DNA of 23,025 bases. Origin: Tubiluchus corallicola (lineage: Eukaryota > Animalia > Priapulida). The notes under the pieces are model-generated. The model was not told the DNA's origin, ran no database searches, and saw only the letters and a program-made list of their open reading frames with translations. The stretch spans positions 1 through 23,025 of the forward strand of contig JAQGDQ010001866.1 of assembly GCA_030141605.1 (NCBI GenBank), read 5' to 3'. A program made the translations under genes and the position numbers. Below, piece by piece: positions 22,801 to 23,025 of the stretch (its first letter is position 1; each line of letters begins with the position of its first letter).

Positions 22801-23025
22801 GATTATGTCAGTTATGTAATTCTGATGCTATCCAGGATGAGATGCATCTGTTTTTACATTGAAACTATGAAAGTGTCCCATTTAATGAACGATTATGTCA
22901 GTTATGTAATTCTGATGCTGAGATGCATCTGTTTTTACATTGAAATTATGAAAGTGTCCCATTTAATGAACGATTATGTCAGTTATGTAATTCTGATGCT
23001 ATCCAGGATGAGATGCATCTGTTTT
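19841..23025. repeat. 90-bp tandem satellite, about 35 copies, truncated by the window end
   Basis: Unit TTATGAAAGTGTCCCATTTAATGAACGATTATGTCAGTTATGTAATTCTGATGCTATCCAGGATGAGATGCATCTGTTTTTACATTGAAA, with small indel variants. Confidence 0.98.

Noticed and set aside
19798-22862. Long repetitive ORFs (335 aa, 235 aa and others)
   Set aside because: Products of a 90-bp unit that is stop-free in one frame. Frameshifting indels are frequent and there is no protein-like signature.

Overview
AT-rich, repeat-dense eukaryotic (probably invertebrate animal) genomic DNA, not prokaryotic. Most entries in the ORF track are repeat artefacts. The main feature is a 5'-truncated, + strand, 7-exon gene of the sorbitol/polyol dehydrogenase (MDR) family: join(223..351,4261..4414,7186..7304,8373..8438,10209..10390,13931..14082,15498..15651). 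All introns are GT-AG and the frame is open to a TAA stop. The protein keeps the structural-zinc Cys4 motif but has lost the catalytic-zinc ligands, the Rossmann GxGxxG motif and the NAD-specifying Asp, so it looks like a pseudo-enzyme. Its introns contain: a 57/58-bp minisatellite that copies the exon-2 splice acceptor (22 AG|GT sites); a 5S rRNA-headed SINE with a target-site duplication; a hAT-type element with a nested piggyBac-type element; a probable solo LTR; a ~530-bp inverted repeat pair around exon 6; a 306-bp direct duplication carrying a CAG|GTAAG site; and several micro- and minisatellites. Downstream are an antisense LINE fragment, a TIR element, a probable first coding exon of a second gene (NPxY plus two PPxY motifs), and a 90-bp satellite running to the window end. 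All calls come from manual reading; no searches were run, and family comparisons are from memory.
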